Virus record (IMG/VR): IMGVR_UViG_2671180710_000023 | Coordinates: 1 to 38,215 of that record | Strand: one strand, 5' to 3' | DNA length: 38,215 nucleotides | From: a virus | Taxonomy: Duplodnaviria > Heunggongvirae > Uroviricota > Caudoviricetes | In this document: positions 1-8,388 of the stretch, in pieces | How the letters are laid out: every line of letters begins with the position of its first letter | Numbering within the stretch: the first letter of the stretch is position 1 | Notes under the pieces: model-generated | Databases searched by the model: none | What the model saw: the letters and a program-made list of their open reading frames with translations, nothing else | Told to the model about the DNA's origin: nothing | Program-made: the position numbers and the translations under genes

Positions 1-522
1 TCTGCACTGCCCGTTGGTGTGCCTGTTCCGTGGCCCTCAGCCACACCGCCAGCAGGGTGGCTGAAATGTAACGGAGCAGCATTTTCTTCTGAAATGTACC
101 CCAATCTGGCAAAGGCTTATCCTACAAATAAACTACCGGATCTACGGGGTGAATTTATCCGTGGCTGGGATGACGGACGTGGCGTGGATGCGGGGCGAGC
201 CTTGCTAAGGCTTCAGGATGACTCTTTTGAAGCGCACAGGCATGAGTCCTTTTTTTATGCGGGTATTTCACGCAATGAAATCCCATTAAAAAATCTTCCA
301 AGTTCAGACGAGATGCTGACTTTAAGTTCCACAACTAATGCCTTGTCACCGGACGGTATTGATGCCACCAATTCGTTAATTGGTAATGACGATTACAACT
401 GTCTTATCGAAGGGAATAAAAATAACAAACGAACAGCAACGGGTCTAAGTACCAGTATTGTCGGCGCAACTGAAACCCGCCCCCGTAACATTGCGTTTAA
501 TTACATCGTAAGGGCGGCATAG
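1..522 (+). CDS. Silent tail-fibre C-terminal (receptor-binding tip) cassette 1, 5-prime end cut by window edge
   Basis: Frame 1 from position 1 encodes SALPVGVPVPWPSATPPAGWLKCNGAAFSSEMYP...LPDLRGEFIRGWDDGRG (tail-collar-like block) and ends ETRPRNIAFNYIVRAA; same conserved ends as the expressed fibre C-terminus; no RBS or ATG of its own. Confidence 0.6.
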   Translation, partial: SALPVGVPVPWPSATPPAGWLKCNGAAFSSEMYPNLAKAYPTNKLPDLRGEFIRGWDDGRGVDAGRALLRLQDDSFEAHRHESFFYAGISRNEIPLKNLPSSDEMLTLSSTTNALSPDGIDATNSLIGNDDYNCLIEGNKNNKRTATGLSTSIVGATETRPRNIAFNYIVRAA

Positions 523-541
523 AAACGTTGGTTTGGGGGAA
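516..541 (+). other. hix/gix-like 26-bp crossover site (GGCATAGAAACG-TT-GGTTTGGGGGAA) at cassette 1/2 junction
   Basis: Reverse complement TTCCCCCAAACC-AA-CGTTTCTATGCC resembles Gin/Hin/Cin-family sites (12-2-12 layout with AAACC...GGTTT core); inverted relative to the site at 3054-3079. Confidence 0.6.
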
Positions 542-964
542 GGCTCAGCGCTGCCCGTTGGTGTGCCCGTTCCGTGGCCCTCAGCCACACCGCCAGCAGG
601 GTGGCTGAAATGTAACGGCGCAGCATTTTCTTCTGAAATGTACCCCAATCTGGCAAAGGCTTATCCTACAAATAAATTACCGGATTTACGGGGTGAGTTT
701 ATTCGCGGCTGGGATGACGGGCGGGGAATTGATTCAGGACGCACTCTACTTTCGTTACAGGGCGATATGTTTAAATCGCACAGTCATTACTTCCGTGAAA
801 TATGGGGTGCAAATGGACCAGATGGAACTGGTGGACCGTACATTGTCGGGGCGGATACAAACGGTTCGAGAATAAATTTAGGCACTATAGAAACCAGTGC
901 ACCTGGTGGTTCAGAAACCCGTCCCCGTAACATTGCATTTAATTACATCGTAAGAGCCGTATGA
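533..964 (+). CDS. Silent tail-fibre C-terminal cassette 2
   Basis: ORF opens in the crossover site with GEGSALPVGVPVPWP..., has a unique middle and ends ETRPRNIAFNYIVRAV; apparent TTG start lies inside the site, consistent with a fusion-only module. Confidence 0.6.
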   Translation: MGEGSALPVGVPVPWPSATPPAGWLKCNGAAFSSEMYPNLAKAYPTNKLPDLRGEFIRGWDDGRGIDSGRTLLSLQGDMFKSHSHYFREIWGANGPDGTGGPYIVGADTNGSRINLGTIETSAPGGSETRPRNIAFNYIVRAV

Positions 965-983
965 AAACGTTGGTTTGGGGGAA
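958..983 (+). other. hix/gix-like crossover site (CGTATGAAAACG-TT-GGTTTGGGGGAA) at cassette 2/3 junction
   Basis: Same half-site GGTTTGGGGGAA and central TT as the other cassette sites. Confidence 0.6.
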
Positions 984-1448
984 GGCTCTGCACTGCCCGT
1001 TGGTGTGCCTGTTCCGTGGCCCTCAGCCACACCGCCAGCAGGGTGGCTGAAATGTAACGGAGCAGCATTTTCTTCTGAAATGTACCCCAAACTGGCAAAG
1101 GCTTACCCCGCGAATAAATTACCGGATTTACGGGGTGAGTTTATTCGTGGCTGGGATGACGGGCGCGGGATTGATCCTGGTCGCCAGTTGCTTGGGTGGC
1201 AGAAAGGTACTTTGGTTGGTGGTAGAGATGACAATGATGCCGCAGTTGATATTTCATATATGAGTAACGGAAATAGTATTGATTACGGTGGCGATAAAAC
1301 ATTTTCAACGAATTACCGGAGTGATTATTTATGGTATGCAATTCTGGGTAACGTCACTGGTCGTGCCAAAGCTGCTTTAAGTGGGTCCTTTTTTAATGTA
1401 ACTCGTCCACGCAACATCGCCTTTAACTACATTGTGAGAGCAGCATAG
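975..1448 (+). CDS. Silent tail-fibre C-terminal cassette 3
   Basis: Conserved N-terminal tail-collar block, unique middle, conserved end VTRPRNIAFNYIVRAA. Confidence 0.6.
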   Translation: MGEGSALPVGVPVPWPSATPPAGWLKCNGAAFSSEMYPKLAKAYPANKLPDLRGEFIRGWDDGRGIDPGRQLLGWQKGTLVGGRDDNDAAVDISYMSNGNSIDYGGDKTFSTNYRSDYLWYAILGNVTGRAKAALSGSFFNVTRPRNIAFNYIVRAA

Positions 1449-1467
1449 AAACGTTGGTTTGGGGGAA
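1442..1467 (+). other. hix/gix-like crossover site (AGCATAGAAACG-TT-GGTTTGGGGGAA) at cassette 3/4 junction
   Basis: Near-identical to the site at 516-541. Confidence 0.6.
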
Positions 1468-1962
1468 GGCTCTGCACTGCCCGTTGGTGTGCCCGTTCCG
1501 TGGCCCTCAGCCACACCGCCAGCAGGGTGGCTGAAATGTAACGGCGCAGCATTTTCTTCTGAAATGTACCCCAAACTGGCAAAAGCCTACCCCGCGAATA
1601 AATTACCGGATTTACGGGGTGAGTTTATTCGTGGCTGGGATGACGGGCGGGGAATTGATTCAGGGCGTTCCTTGCTTAATGCACAATCACATTCGGTTAT
1701 AGATCATATTCACTATATGGAGTTATGGACTGGTGAAGGGCTTGCCGCAAATAGCACCCGTGCAGGAACAAACCCTGGTATACTGGCTACATACGGTGAT
1801 GGCGGGATTGTTAAAACAGATGAGTCAGGTGTAAAAGTTCCATCTTCACTACGTGCTATTGGCACTCGTGGTGTTTATAGATTAGGTGCCAACGGAGGGA
1901 ATACAGGAACGGAAAACCGCCCCCGTAATATTGCGTTTAACTATATTGTAAGGGCTACTTAA
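1459..1962 (+). CDS. Silent tail-fibre C-terminal cassette 4 (the only cassette followed by its own Tfa gene)
   Basis: Conserved N-terminal block, unique middle, end ENRPRNIAFNYIVRAT; its TAA stop overlaps the ATG of the downstream tfa (TAATGA). Confidence 0.6.
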   Translation: MGEGSALPVGVPVPWPSATPPAGWLKCNGAAFSSEMYPKLAKAYPANKLPDLRGEFIRGWDDGRGIDSGRSLLNAQSHSVIDHIHYMELWTGEGLAANSTRAGTNPGILATYGDGGIVKTDESGVKVPSSLRAIGTRGVYRLGANGGNTGTENRPRNIAFNYIVRAT

Positions 1963-2579
1963 TGAATAATGCTGCTGCAGTACTTGATCAGAATGGTATC
2001 GCTATAACTGCAGGCGATATTACCGTTTATAACTACGATGCTGAAAACCGTGAATATCTCTCTGCCACTGTTGAGTATCTCGCTTATGGTGTTGGAATTC
2101 CGGCTCACTCATGCATTGACGCGCCACCAGAAAAACGCCCCGGCTTCGCTGTCTGTCGTGATACCGACCAGAACATCTGGAAATATGTTCCAGACCACAG
2201 AGGAGAAACGGTTTACAGCACAGAGAATGGTAACGCTGTGCAAATCACACGACCGGGAGATTACCCTCCTGATACGACGGTGAAACAGCCAGCTACTATC
2301 TATGATGTCTGGGATGGTGAGACCTGGGTGACAGATGCGGGACGACAGCACGCAGCAGAACTGGAAGCTGCCGGAGCGCATCGTCAGCAACTTGAGGAAC
2401 AGGCAATGGCATCTGTTGAGCTTATAAATCTCAAACTACGAGCCGGACGCCGATTGACGCCCCAGGAGACGGAAAAACTAAACGCCGTGCTTGATTTCAT
2501 AGATGTGCTTAATGCGACTGACATCAGCACTGCACCGGATATCAACTGGCCGGAAATGCCTCTGGCAGCAGCCAGTTGA
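1962..2579 (+). CDS. Tail fibre assembly chaperone (Tfa; Mu U / lambda Tfa family)
   Basis: C-terminal VLDFIDVLNATDISTAPDINWPEMP matches the Tfa-family signature (lambda Tfa ...TSTAPDIEWP...); HRGETVY motif; coupled to cassette 4; convergent with the expressed fibre gene. Confidence 0.75.
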   Translation: MNNAAAVLDQNGIAITAGDITVYNYDAENREYLSATVEYLAYGVGIPAHSCIDAPPEKRPGFAVCRDTDQNIWKYVPDHRGETVYSTENGNAVQITRPGDYPPDTTVKQPATIYDVWDGETWVTDAGRQHAAELEAAGAHRQQLEEQAMASVELINLKLRAGRRLTPQETEKLNAVLDFIDVLNATDISTAPDINWPEMPLAAAS

Positions 2580-2585
2580 ATATAA

Positions 2586-3554
2586 CTAAGCCGCCCTCAC
2601 GATATAGTTAAATGCAATATTGCGGGGGCGGGTTTCACTACCACCTGTGTTACCAATACTTCCTCGTGAATGAAGCGTTGGTGATGGAGTCAAACTCCCT
2701 CCTGTATTTGTGGCATCAAGCCCCCTGCCTTGTGTATATGTTTTTTTGAAAATCGTAGCCAACTCCCATTCATCTTTTGTGTCATATCCATCGTTAGCTA
2801 CAACAATATGGCGGTGTTTTTCCAACATCCCGTTTTGAATGCTCAATAAAGCGCGTGCCGCATCAATTCCTCGCCCATCATCCCAGCCACGGATAAATTC
2901 TCCGCGTAAATCCGGTAATTTATTCGCGGGGTAGGCTTTTGCCAGTTTGGGGTACATTTCAGAAGAAAATGCTGCACCGTTACATTTCAGCCAGCCCGTT
3001 GGTGGTGTTGCTAAGGGCCACGGAACGGGCACACCAACGGGCAGTGCAGAGCCTTCTCCCAAACCAAGGTTTTTGACAAACAGCGCAGGCTCAGGAATAT
3101 CTGCGCCGTTCTGGTCTTTAGCCAGCTTTTCCGCCAGCTTGTTCAGTACCGTAGTCGCAAAGTTTGGATCATTACCGAGAGCGTCAGCCAGCTCTTTAAG
3201 CGTATCCAGTGTCTCAGGGGCGCTGCCTGCAAGTGCCGCAAGTGCTTTGGACACAAACTCCGTCGTCGCCAGCTTTTTGCTGTTATCACCATTTGCAGGT
3301 GTAGGTGCTGTTGGTGTGCCGGTGAATGTCGGACTGGCTTTCGTCGCGTACTGGGTATGCGGGTCAACTGCCGCGATATGTGCAGCCAGGTCTGTTCCGC
3401 TTTTTTCGACCTTCTGTTTGAGGTATGACGTTCGGCTGGCCAGTTGTTTAGCCTGGCGGTTAGAAATTCCGTCAGGTCCGCCCAGAACGGGGTCAGAGAC
3501 CTCAATCTGGTAGATGCCGTCTTCCCACTGCGGGGTTTCGGGTAGATTTGCCAT
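2586..3554 (-). CDS. Tail fibre protein (constant N-terminal part fused to the currently expressed variable C-terminal tip)
   Basis: 322 aa; N-terminal constant region; from residue ~163 (LGLGEGSALPVGVPVPWP...) shares the cassette conserved block and ends ETRPRNIAFNYIVRAA; sits after baseplate genes in Mu S position. Confidence 0.8.
   Translation of the reverse strand: MANLPETPQWEDGIYQIEVSDPVLGGPDGISNRQAKQLASRTSYLKQKVEKSGTDLAAHIAAVDPHTQYATKASPTFTGTPTAPTPANGDNSKKLATTEFVSKALAALAGSAPETLDTLKELADALGNDPNFATTVLNKLAEKLAKDQNGADIPEPALFVKNLGLGEGSALPVGVPVPWPLATPPTGWLKCNGAAFSSEMYPKLAKAYPANKLPDLRGEFIRGWDDGRGIDAARALLSIQNGMLEKHRHIVVANDGYDTKDEWELATIFKKTYTQGRGLDATNTGGSLTPSPTLHSRGSIGNTGGSETRPRNIAFNYIVRAA
3054..3079 (+). 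other. hix/gix-like crossover site inside expressed tail fibre gene (TTCTCCCAAACC-AA-GGTTTTTGACAA)
   Basis: At the constant/variable junction (codons FVKNLGLGEG); inverted repeat of cassette sites; resembles gix TTCCTGTAAACCGAGGTTTTGGATAA as recalled. Confidence 0.6.
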
Positions 3555-3556
3555 AA

Positions 3557-4135
3557 TTAACTGCTCCCGTGGTTGTAACTACCGTCATAACGGGTAGTAC
3601 TGTTGTATCGAATGGCGACAGACTGATATTCCAGACTTGCCAGATGACAGCGAGCCGGAGCAAAGGCAGCAAGCGTCTGACGTAACAGCGCCGCCTGATC
3701 GTTAGTGATGGGTTGTTGAAGGATGACGCGATAGACTGCCCAGGCTTGTGCATCACCATGGACGAAAAGCCCGTTGTACGTGTGTCTGCCGTCATAGCCA
3801 ATCTGCCCCGTACCTTCAATCAGATCCACTTCGCCGAAGCCAAAACGGCGGATAATTTCCCGGATTGACCACGGTGTTCCTTTATAGCGGTGTAGCTCAA
3901 TAGCGGATTTGATAAGCATGCGGCGTACATCGTCCGATTCCGCCAGTTCCCAGCCATCGCCGAACAGCGAGAACTGCTCGCCAAGCCATGGCAGCGCGGA
4001 ACTGTCGACAATATCGACGAGACCGACCATCAGTACGCTCAGGTCGATGTTATCCAGCCGTCGGGCCAGTCTTCCCAGCGTTCTGAGACTGATATCACCC
4101 TCAAGCGGTGGCGGGAGTTGTAGCACCTCAGCCAT
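3557..4135 (-). CDS. Baseplate/tail-fibre attachment protein (P2 gpI / Mu gp48-like)
   Basis: 192-aa ORF immediately upstream of the tail fibre gene in the baseplate cluster; start overlaps stop of the J-like gene. Confidence 0.6.
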   Translation of the reverse strand: MAEVLQLPPPLEGDISLRTLGRLARRLDNIDLSVLMVGLVDIVDSSALPWLGEQFSLFGDGWELAESDDVRRMLIKSAIELHRYKGTPWSIREIIRRFGFGEVDLIEGTGQIGYDGRHTYNGLFVHGDAQAWAVYRVILQQPITNDQAALLRQTLAAFAPARCHLASLEYQSVAIRYNSTTRYDGSYNHGSS

Positions 4136-5231
4136 CGGACACCCCGGTCATGTTAAGAGTGATCGCTGTACAGTTTGCCCATTCGTTTTCTGCCACCACC
4201 CTCAGTGCCGGTGTCACCAGTTCGACCTGGTACACCCCGGAAACGGACAACACGCTGATAATCTGGCTGGGAACAATATCGCGCCCCAGCGTGGCGGTAC
4301 GGGATGCCACCCAGTTCTGTATGGCGCTGTTAGCGTTGTCCTTTACCAACCTTGCATCCTGATCACGATAGATCGTAATCCTGGCTTCAATGGTGTAATC
4401 CACCTGAACAGGTGTTTTAGCCCGCACGGTATCAGTGAGTGGTCTGACTTTTTCGTCAGAACAGAAACTCTCTACCAGAGTGAGGATACTGCTGTCCGGC
4501 AGACCAGTGCTGAGCAGCGGATACAGCTCGACAGTGCCGGGAGCGGGAGAAAGAACAGCAACGTCGACAATGCCGGGATGCGCCCCCATAGCATGAAAAC
4601 GGTATGCACCACGGCTTCCGGCATTGGTGAATGACTCCGGGGCCAGCCTGATACGCTCCCGGAGCCGGTCATCGTCTTCCTGCTCTGAACCGCCAGAGCT
4701 GGCCGTCAGATTGGTCACCAGCAGGTCAATGTTATCAATCTCATCGAGTAACTGACTGACCTGCGCCGGTTGCCAGCCGTTGCCAGCGGTACCCGGCTCG
4801 GTACAGGTGGCCGTGACATTGACCAGCAGCAATCCGGCCTTCAGCACCACATCTGTATCGGTGGCAAAAATAATACTGTCGGAAGCGCTGACGCGGGTGC
4901 CTGCCGGGATCAGCACATCAATGGCCAGTGCCTCATCCACAGAGAACTGAAGTGTGGTGGTGGCAGGCTGCGCAGCAAGGCGGTATACGCCGACCAGTTC
5001 ACCGAGGTAATCAATCATCGGCTCACGGGAAAAAGCGACCAGATTCTGCTTCGCCGCCTCCTGTACTGCCACCCTGACCAGCATTTCGCGATAGGCCCAC
5101 AGGTCAATCAGCAGACGTTCAGCCTGTGCCGGGTACAGCGTTTTTCCGGTATCCTCTTCATACTTCGCAATCATTTCTGCCGTGATTTTATCGGCATCGC
5201 GTTCAATAAAATCGGGTTCTGTCAGCGCCAT
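4128..5231 (-). CDS. Baseplate J-like protein (P2 gpJ / Mu gp47-like)
   Basis: 367-aa ORF in conserved position between W-like and I-like genes; overlapping start/stop coupling. Confidence 0.65.
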   Translation of the reverse strand: MALTEPDFIERDADKITAEMIAKYEEDTGKTLYPAQAERLLIDLWAYREMLVRVAVQEAAKQNLVAFSREPMIDYLGELVGVYRLAAQPATTTLQFSVDEALAIDVLIPAGTRVSASDSIIFATDTDVVLKAGLLLVNVTATCTEPGTAGNGWQPAQVSQLLDEIDNIDLLVTNLTASSGGSEQEDDDRLRERIRLAPESFTNAGSRGAYRFHAMGAHPGIVDVAVLSPAPGTVELYPLLSTGLPDSSILTLVESFCSDEKVRPLTDTVRAKTPVQVDYTIEARITIYRDQDARLVKDNANSAIQNWVASRTATLGRDIVPSQIISVLSVSGVYQVELVTPALRVVAENEWANCTAITLNMTGVSDG

Positions 5232-5569
5232 AGCAGTTCCTGAGTACGGGGTTGTCCGTCTGAGCCTTTCCAGCTCACCCGGAGCGTAAGATGTTCGCCG
5301 TCGACGGCGGGTTTAACCGACATAAGCTGGCAGCGGGGTTCCCAGCGCCTGATGGCATCGACGGATTCGCGAACCACATGCGGAATGGCCCGGTCGACAG
5401 GCCAGTCGATATAAAGGTGCAGATTGCTGCCGAACTCCGGGCGATGCGGGTCGCTGCCGCGGGGAGTCCGCAGGATGATCTGGATGGACTGCCGGATATC
5501 ATCCAGCCCCCGGACAATTTCGCCGGGAGCCTGCAGAGCCGGTTGCCAGAATACTGAGGTCGTTTTCAT
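5222..5569 (-). CDS. Baseplate wedge protein (GPW/gp25-like)
   Basis: 115 aa, conserved position downstream of gpV-like gene; size and order typical of P2 gpW / Mu gp46. Confidence 0.6.
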   Translation of the reverse strand: MKTTSVFWQPALQAPGEIVRGLDDIRQSIQIILRTPRGSDPHRPEFGSNLHLYIDWPVDRAIPHVVRESVDAIRRWEPRCQLMSVKPAVDGEHLTLRVSWKGSDGQPRTQELLWR

Positions 5570-5625
5570 GGAGGCAGTATTGCCCCCGGGAAGTAAGCGC
5601 CGATATTAAAGGCGTTTAAGAAGGT

Positions 5626-6153
5626 TCAATGGGAATGGTGATTAGAGTTCTGACCATCAGCAAATATGTTACCCGTTGCATGGGCGCTTCCGTTGATTTC
5701 CAGATCACCATTGAGTGTCGCGGGGCCGTTGATCGTGGTAACTCCCGTGAGGTCGAGGTTTTTCCCTTTGAGAGAGATATCAGCGGCAACCTCCACCACG
5801 ATACGCTCAATACCTCCTCTGACCGTCAGCGTATGGGTCGCGCGGTTATAACTGAACTCCGCGCCATCAGCGTATTTCGTACCCCGGACGTTTTTATCAC
5901 TGAACGGCGGTTTATCGACGTCTGAGTACACCGCGCCCAGAATAACACCATCCTCGCCGTTGGCATCGAGCAGCACCTCAACCTGCTCCCCCACGTCAGG
6001 GAGCCAGTAATCCTTGTTATCCTGGGTATTGCGCTGTAGCACGTTAAGCCAGTTTGTGCGCAGATTATCGCATTCAGGCAGACGAACGCGGGCCTGAACC
6101 CTGTCGGCATCAACGGCACTGACCGTACCGACCTGACGGGTGACACCAGTCAT
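5626..6153 (-). CDS. Baseplate spike/assembly protein V-like
   Basis: 175 aa with N-terminal OB-like region and C-terminal Gly/Thr/Asn-rich repeats typical of gpV-type spikes; conserved position. Confidence 0.6.
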   Translation of the reverse strand: MTGVTRQVGTVSAVDADRVQARVRLPECDNLRTNWLNVLQRNTQDNKDYWLPDVGEQVEVLLDANGEDGVILGAVYSDVDKPPFSDKNVRGTKYADGAEFSYNRATHTLTVRGGIERIVVEVAADISLKGKNLDLTGVTTINGPATLNGDLEINGSAHATGNIFADGQNSNHHSH

Positions 6154-7304
6154 TTTTTCTTCTCCTTAATCACCGTCGATGTACTGCCATCCGGGTGATA
6201 AACCGTGAGTTTCTGAGTTTTTTGTTTTTTCCCTCTTGTGACTGGCCCCCGTGCCACTTCCAGCTCTGTGGTGTAGCCGCTGTTACGCTCAAACGCATGG
6301 CGGGCAGTGATTATCAGCCATGGACCGGATAACTGTCCAAAGCCCACCAGTTCAATTTTGTTGCCTGCTGTCAGTTGAGGCGTTCCCGTCAGCGTCAGGG
6401 AGCCGTTCTGCTGGTATTCGTTATGTCTGGCCAGTGCTGAATCCGCTTTAATCCGGGCACTGTCCGGGTCGCTGACGCGGCTGTTAACTTTAAGTGAGTC
6501 AGCGCTGGTAACCTTACCACCTTTGAGCTTTTTGTCGCTTTCACGGGTACCACCATCAGCTTCGTAGACGATCAGTTTTTTACTGCTGCTTTTCTGGTGT
6601 TTTACCTTTGCAGATTTATAGACCCGGTTGATGGTGTCACGCAGGGAAAAGCGGGCCACATCCTGCGGTTTTAACTGCCTGACCGGCTCCTGACTGCGCA
6701 GTGTGGCCAGATGAGAAAAAATCAGCTGGTCACTGACCACTTTCACTGCATAACCATACTCGCTGGCCAGCCGGCGCAGAAAACCCACGTCGGTTTCAGC
6801 ATACTGGGTCACCCGGTCGATTCTGATGGACTCAATGCTGCCCACCAGTTTCAGCCGGTGCTTTCTGGCAATCCGCCCCGCAACAGCCGCCAGCGTGGTG
6901 TTCTCAAAACCACGGCTGGATTTAGTCCGCAGAGCACTGTTAACCGAGGTGGCCACCCCACGGATAGCGACAACGGACGCGGGCGAACTCACTTCGATCT
7001 CGTCTATTGAGAATGTACCGCAGGACAGCAGTTTCTCGCCCTGATAACCCATTTTCAGCGTCAGCGTGTCACCCTTGCCCGGATACCACTTATCCAGCCA
7101 GCGGCCATCGGTGTCGTCCAGCTCCACCTCAATGGTATCGGACTCATTTTTGATGTTATCGCTCCAGACCACACGGGTGACATAAGGCGCGATATCAGAG
7201 GTGATGTTTTTCTGCAGATACCACAGCGTGAACACCGGCGTCAGCACATCGCTGACGCCGGTTAACGCTGATGTGGCTTGCGCAGTACTGTTTATCTCAG
7301 CCAT
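6150..7304 (-). CDS. Tail protein D-like (P2 gpD / Mu P family)
   Basis: 384 aa, position between X-like and V-like genes; Lys-rich C-terminus. Confidence 0.6.
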   Translation of the reverse strand: MAEINSTAQATSALTGVSDVLTPVFTLWYLQKNITSDIAPYVTRVVWSDNIKNESDTIEVELDDTDGRWLDKWYPGKGDTLTLKMGYQGEKLLSCGTFSIDEIEVSSPASVVAIRGVATSVNSALRTKSSRGFENTTLAAVAGRIARKHRLKLVGSIESIRIDRVTQYAETDVGFLRRLASEYGYAVKVVSDQLIFSHLATLRSQEPVRQLKPQDVARFSLRDTINRVYKSAKVKHQKSSSKKLIVYEADGGTRESDKKLKGGKVTSADSLKVNSRVSDPDSARIKADSALARHNEYQQNGSLTLTGTPQLTAGNKIELVGFGQLSGPWLIITARHAFERNSGYTTELEVARGPVTRGKKQKTQKLTVYHPDGSTSTVIKEKKK

Positions 7305-7507
7305 GGGGCAATATCCTCTTCTGTACGGGCATCTTCAGCCTCAATAACCGGGATCAGTAACAACAACCCGGAGGGCAGCACCGGCGTAATGGCCACGTGC
7401 GGATTGGCTGCAATAATCCGGGGATAGCCCAGCGGGTCACCGTAGTACTGCCATGCCAGCGAATCCCAGCGCTCTCCGTCACGGGTAATATGTTCAAGAA
7501 ACATCAC
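7292..7507 (-). CDS. Tail protein X-like (small LysM-like)
   Basis: 71 aa, WQYYGDP motif region reminiscent of P2 gpX-type small tail proteins; overlaps neighbours. Confidence 0.5.
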   Translation of the reverse strand: MMFLEHITRDGERWDSLAWQYYGDPLGYPRIIAANPHVAITPVLPSGLLLLIPVIEAEDARTEEDIAPWLR

Positions 7508-8388
7508 ACACTCCTCGTCAGTATTCTGGCGGCCATTGCACTTAATCCCGGAGACATGCGGTTGAATGCTGTGCCGGCGGCGTTAAGCTGCCCGGAAACG
7601 GTATCCAGAGCACCTGCAATATTTCTTTTGTCCACACCACTCAGCGCCGACTGCGCCTGCTGTACATACGTGGCTGACTCACTGGCTGTTCTGGCCAGAC
7701 TGATGGCATCGGGCATGGATTCAGAAAGTGCATTAAACGCCGGAACACTTTTCCCCAGAGCCCCGGATATATTACCCAGTCCGCTCATCAGTCCCGGCAC
7801 ACGGGTCAGCGCGACAACAGGGTTACCCTTCATTTTCTGCGCCACCCGAACGGCACTGATAGTGGTCTGTAGTACAGACTGCGCCTGTTTCGCATAGTTG
7901 ACGCCGTTACGGACGAACTGAGCCACCCCGGAAGGCGATGGAACAGCACCAGATATGGCCCCGGCACCGGGAACCTGCCTGCGTATTGCCGGCGGTTGCA
8001 GAGGATTTTTCGGGTCACCGGTGTATTCCCGGAGAGACACGGTGGCACTGACAGCCAGCACGTTACCGGTGCTGTCTGTCTGCTCGCTGGTTGCGGTCAC
8101 ATCGGTAATCACGAACCAGCCGCGATAGTCACCGTTGCCGAAGACCAGCGCCAGTGCCTGATGGGCCTTCATGGCTGTTCGCACTCTCGCCAGCTCCACG
8201 TCGGGCACACAATAATGCTGATGGAAGACCAGGCTTATCTGGATTTCGTCCAGCCTGTCGCCGACGAACTGCAGGCCGGGTTTACCCTCGATGCGGGCAT
8301 GCTCCGCATAATCGACGCCAAACGTGGCCTCGAAGCCGTCCCAGTAGGTAATCAGTTCAAACTCAATATCACCCAGTACGGCAAACAT
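7504..8388 (-). CDS. Tail protein downstream of tape measure (Mu N / DNA-circularisation-like or gpU-like)
   Basis: 294 aa directly after the tape measure gene (start overlaps TMP stop); Ala/Gly/Ser-rich C-terminal half; assignment by position. Confidence 0.45.
   Translation of the reverse strand: MFAVLGDIEFELITYWDGFEATFGVDYAEHARIEGKPGLQFVGDRLDEIQISLVFHQHYCVPDVELARVRTAMKAHQALALVFGNGDYRGWFVITDVTATSEQTDSTGNVLAVSATVSLREYTGDPKNPLQPPAIRRQVPGAGAISGAVPSPSGVAQFVRNGVNYAKQAQSVLQTTISAVRVAQKMKGNPVVALTRVPGLMSGLGNISGALGKSVPAFNALSESMPDAISLARTASESATYVQQAQSALSGVDKRNIAGALDTVSGQLNAAGTAFNRMSPGLSAMAARILTRSV

Noticed and set aside
1-1962. Tandem ~450-500-bp repeats at the window start as a possible CRISPR array or satellite repeat
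   Set aside because: Repeat units are far too long, are protein-coding with conserved ends and variable middles, and are separated by recombinase-type sites; they are tail-fibre tip cassettes.
2038-2390. ORFs 2038-2283 (+) and 2109-2390 (-) overlapping the tfa gene
   Set aside because: Alternate frames of a gene with clear Tfa-family signature; no independent signals.
3909-4634. Long antisense ORFs inside structural genes (e.g. 3909-4634 +, 12891-13898 +, 15402-16136 +, 20366-21013 +, 30835-31587 -)
   Set aside because: They lie opposite well-supported, tightly coupled operon genes in GC-rich DNA, lack RBSs and have Arg/Pro/Cys-rich low-complexity translations typical of shadow frames.
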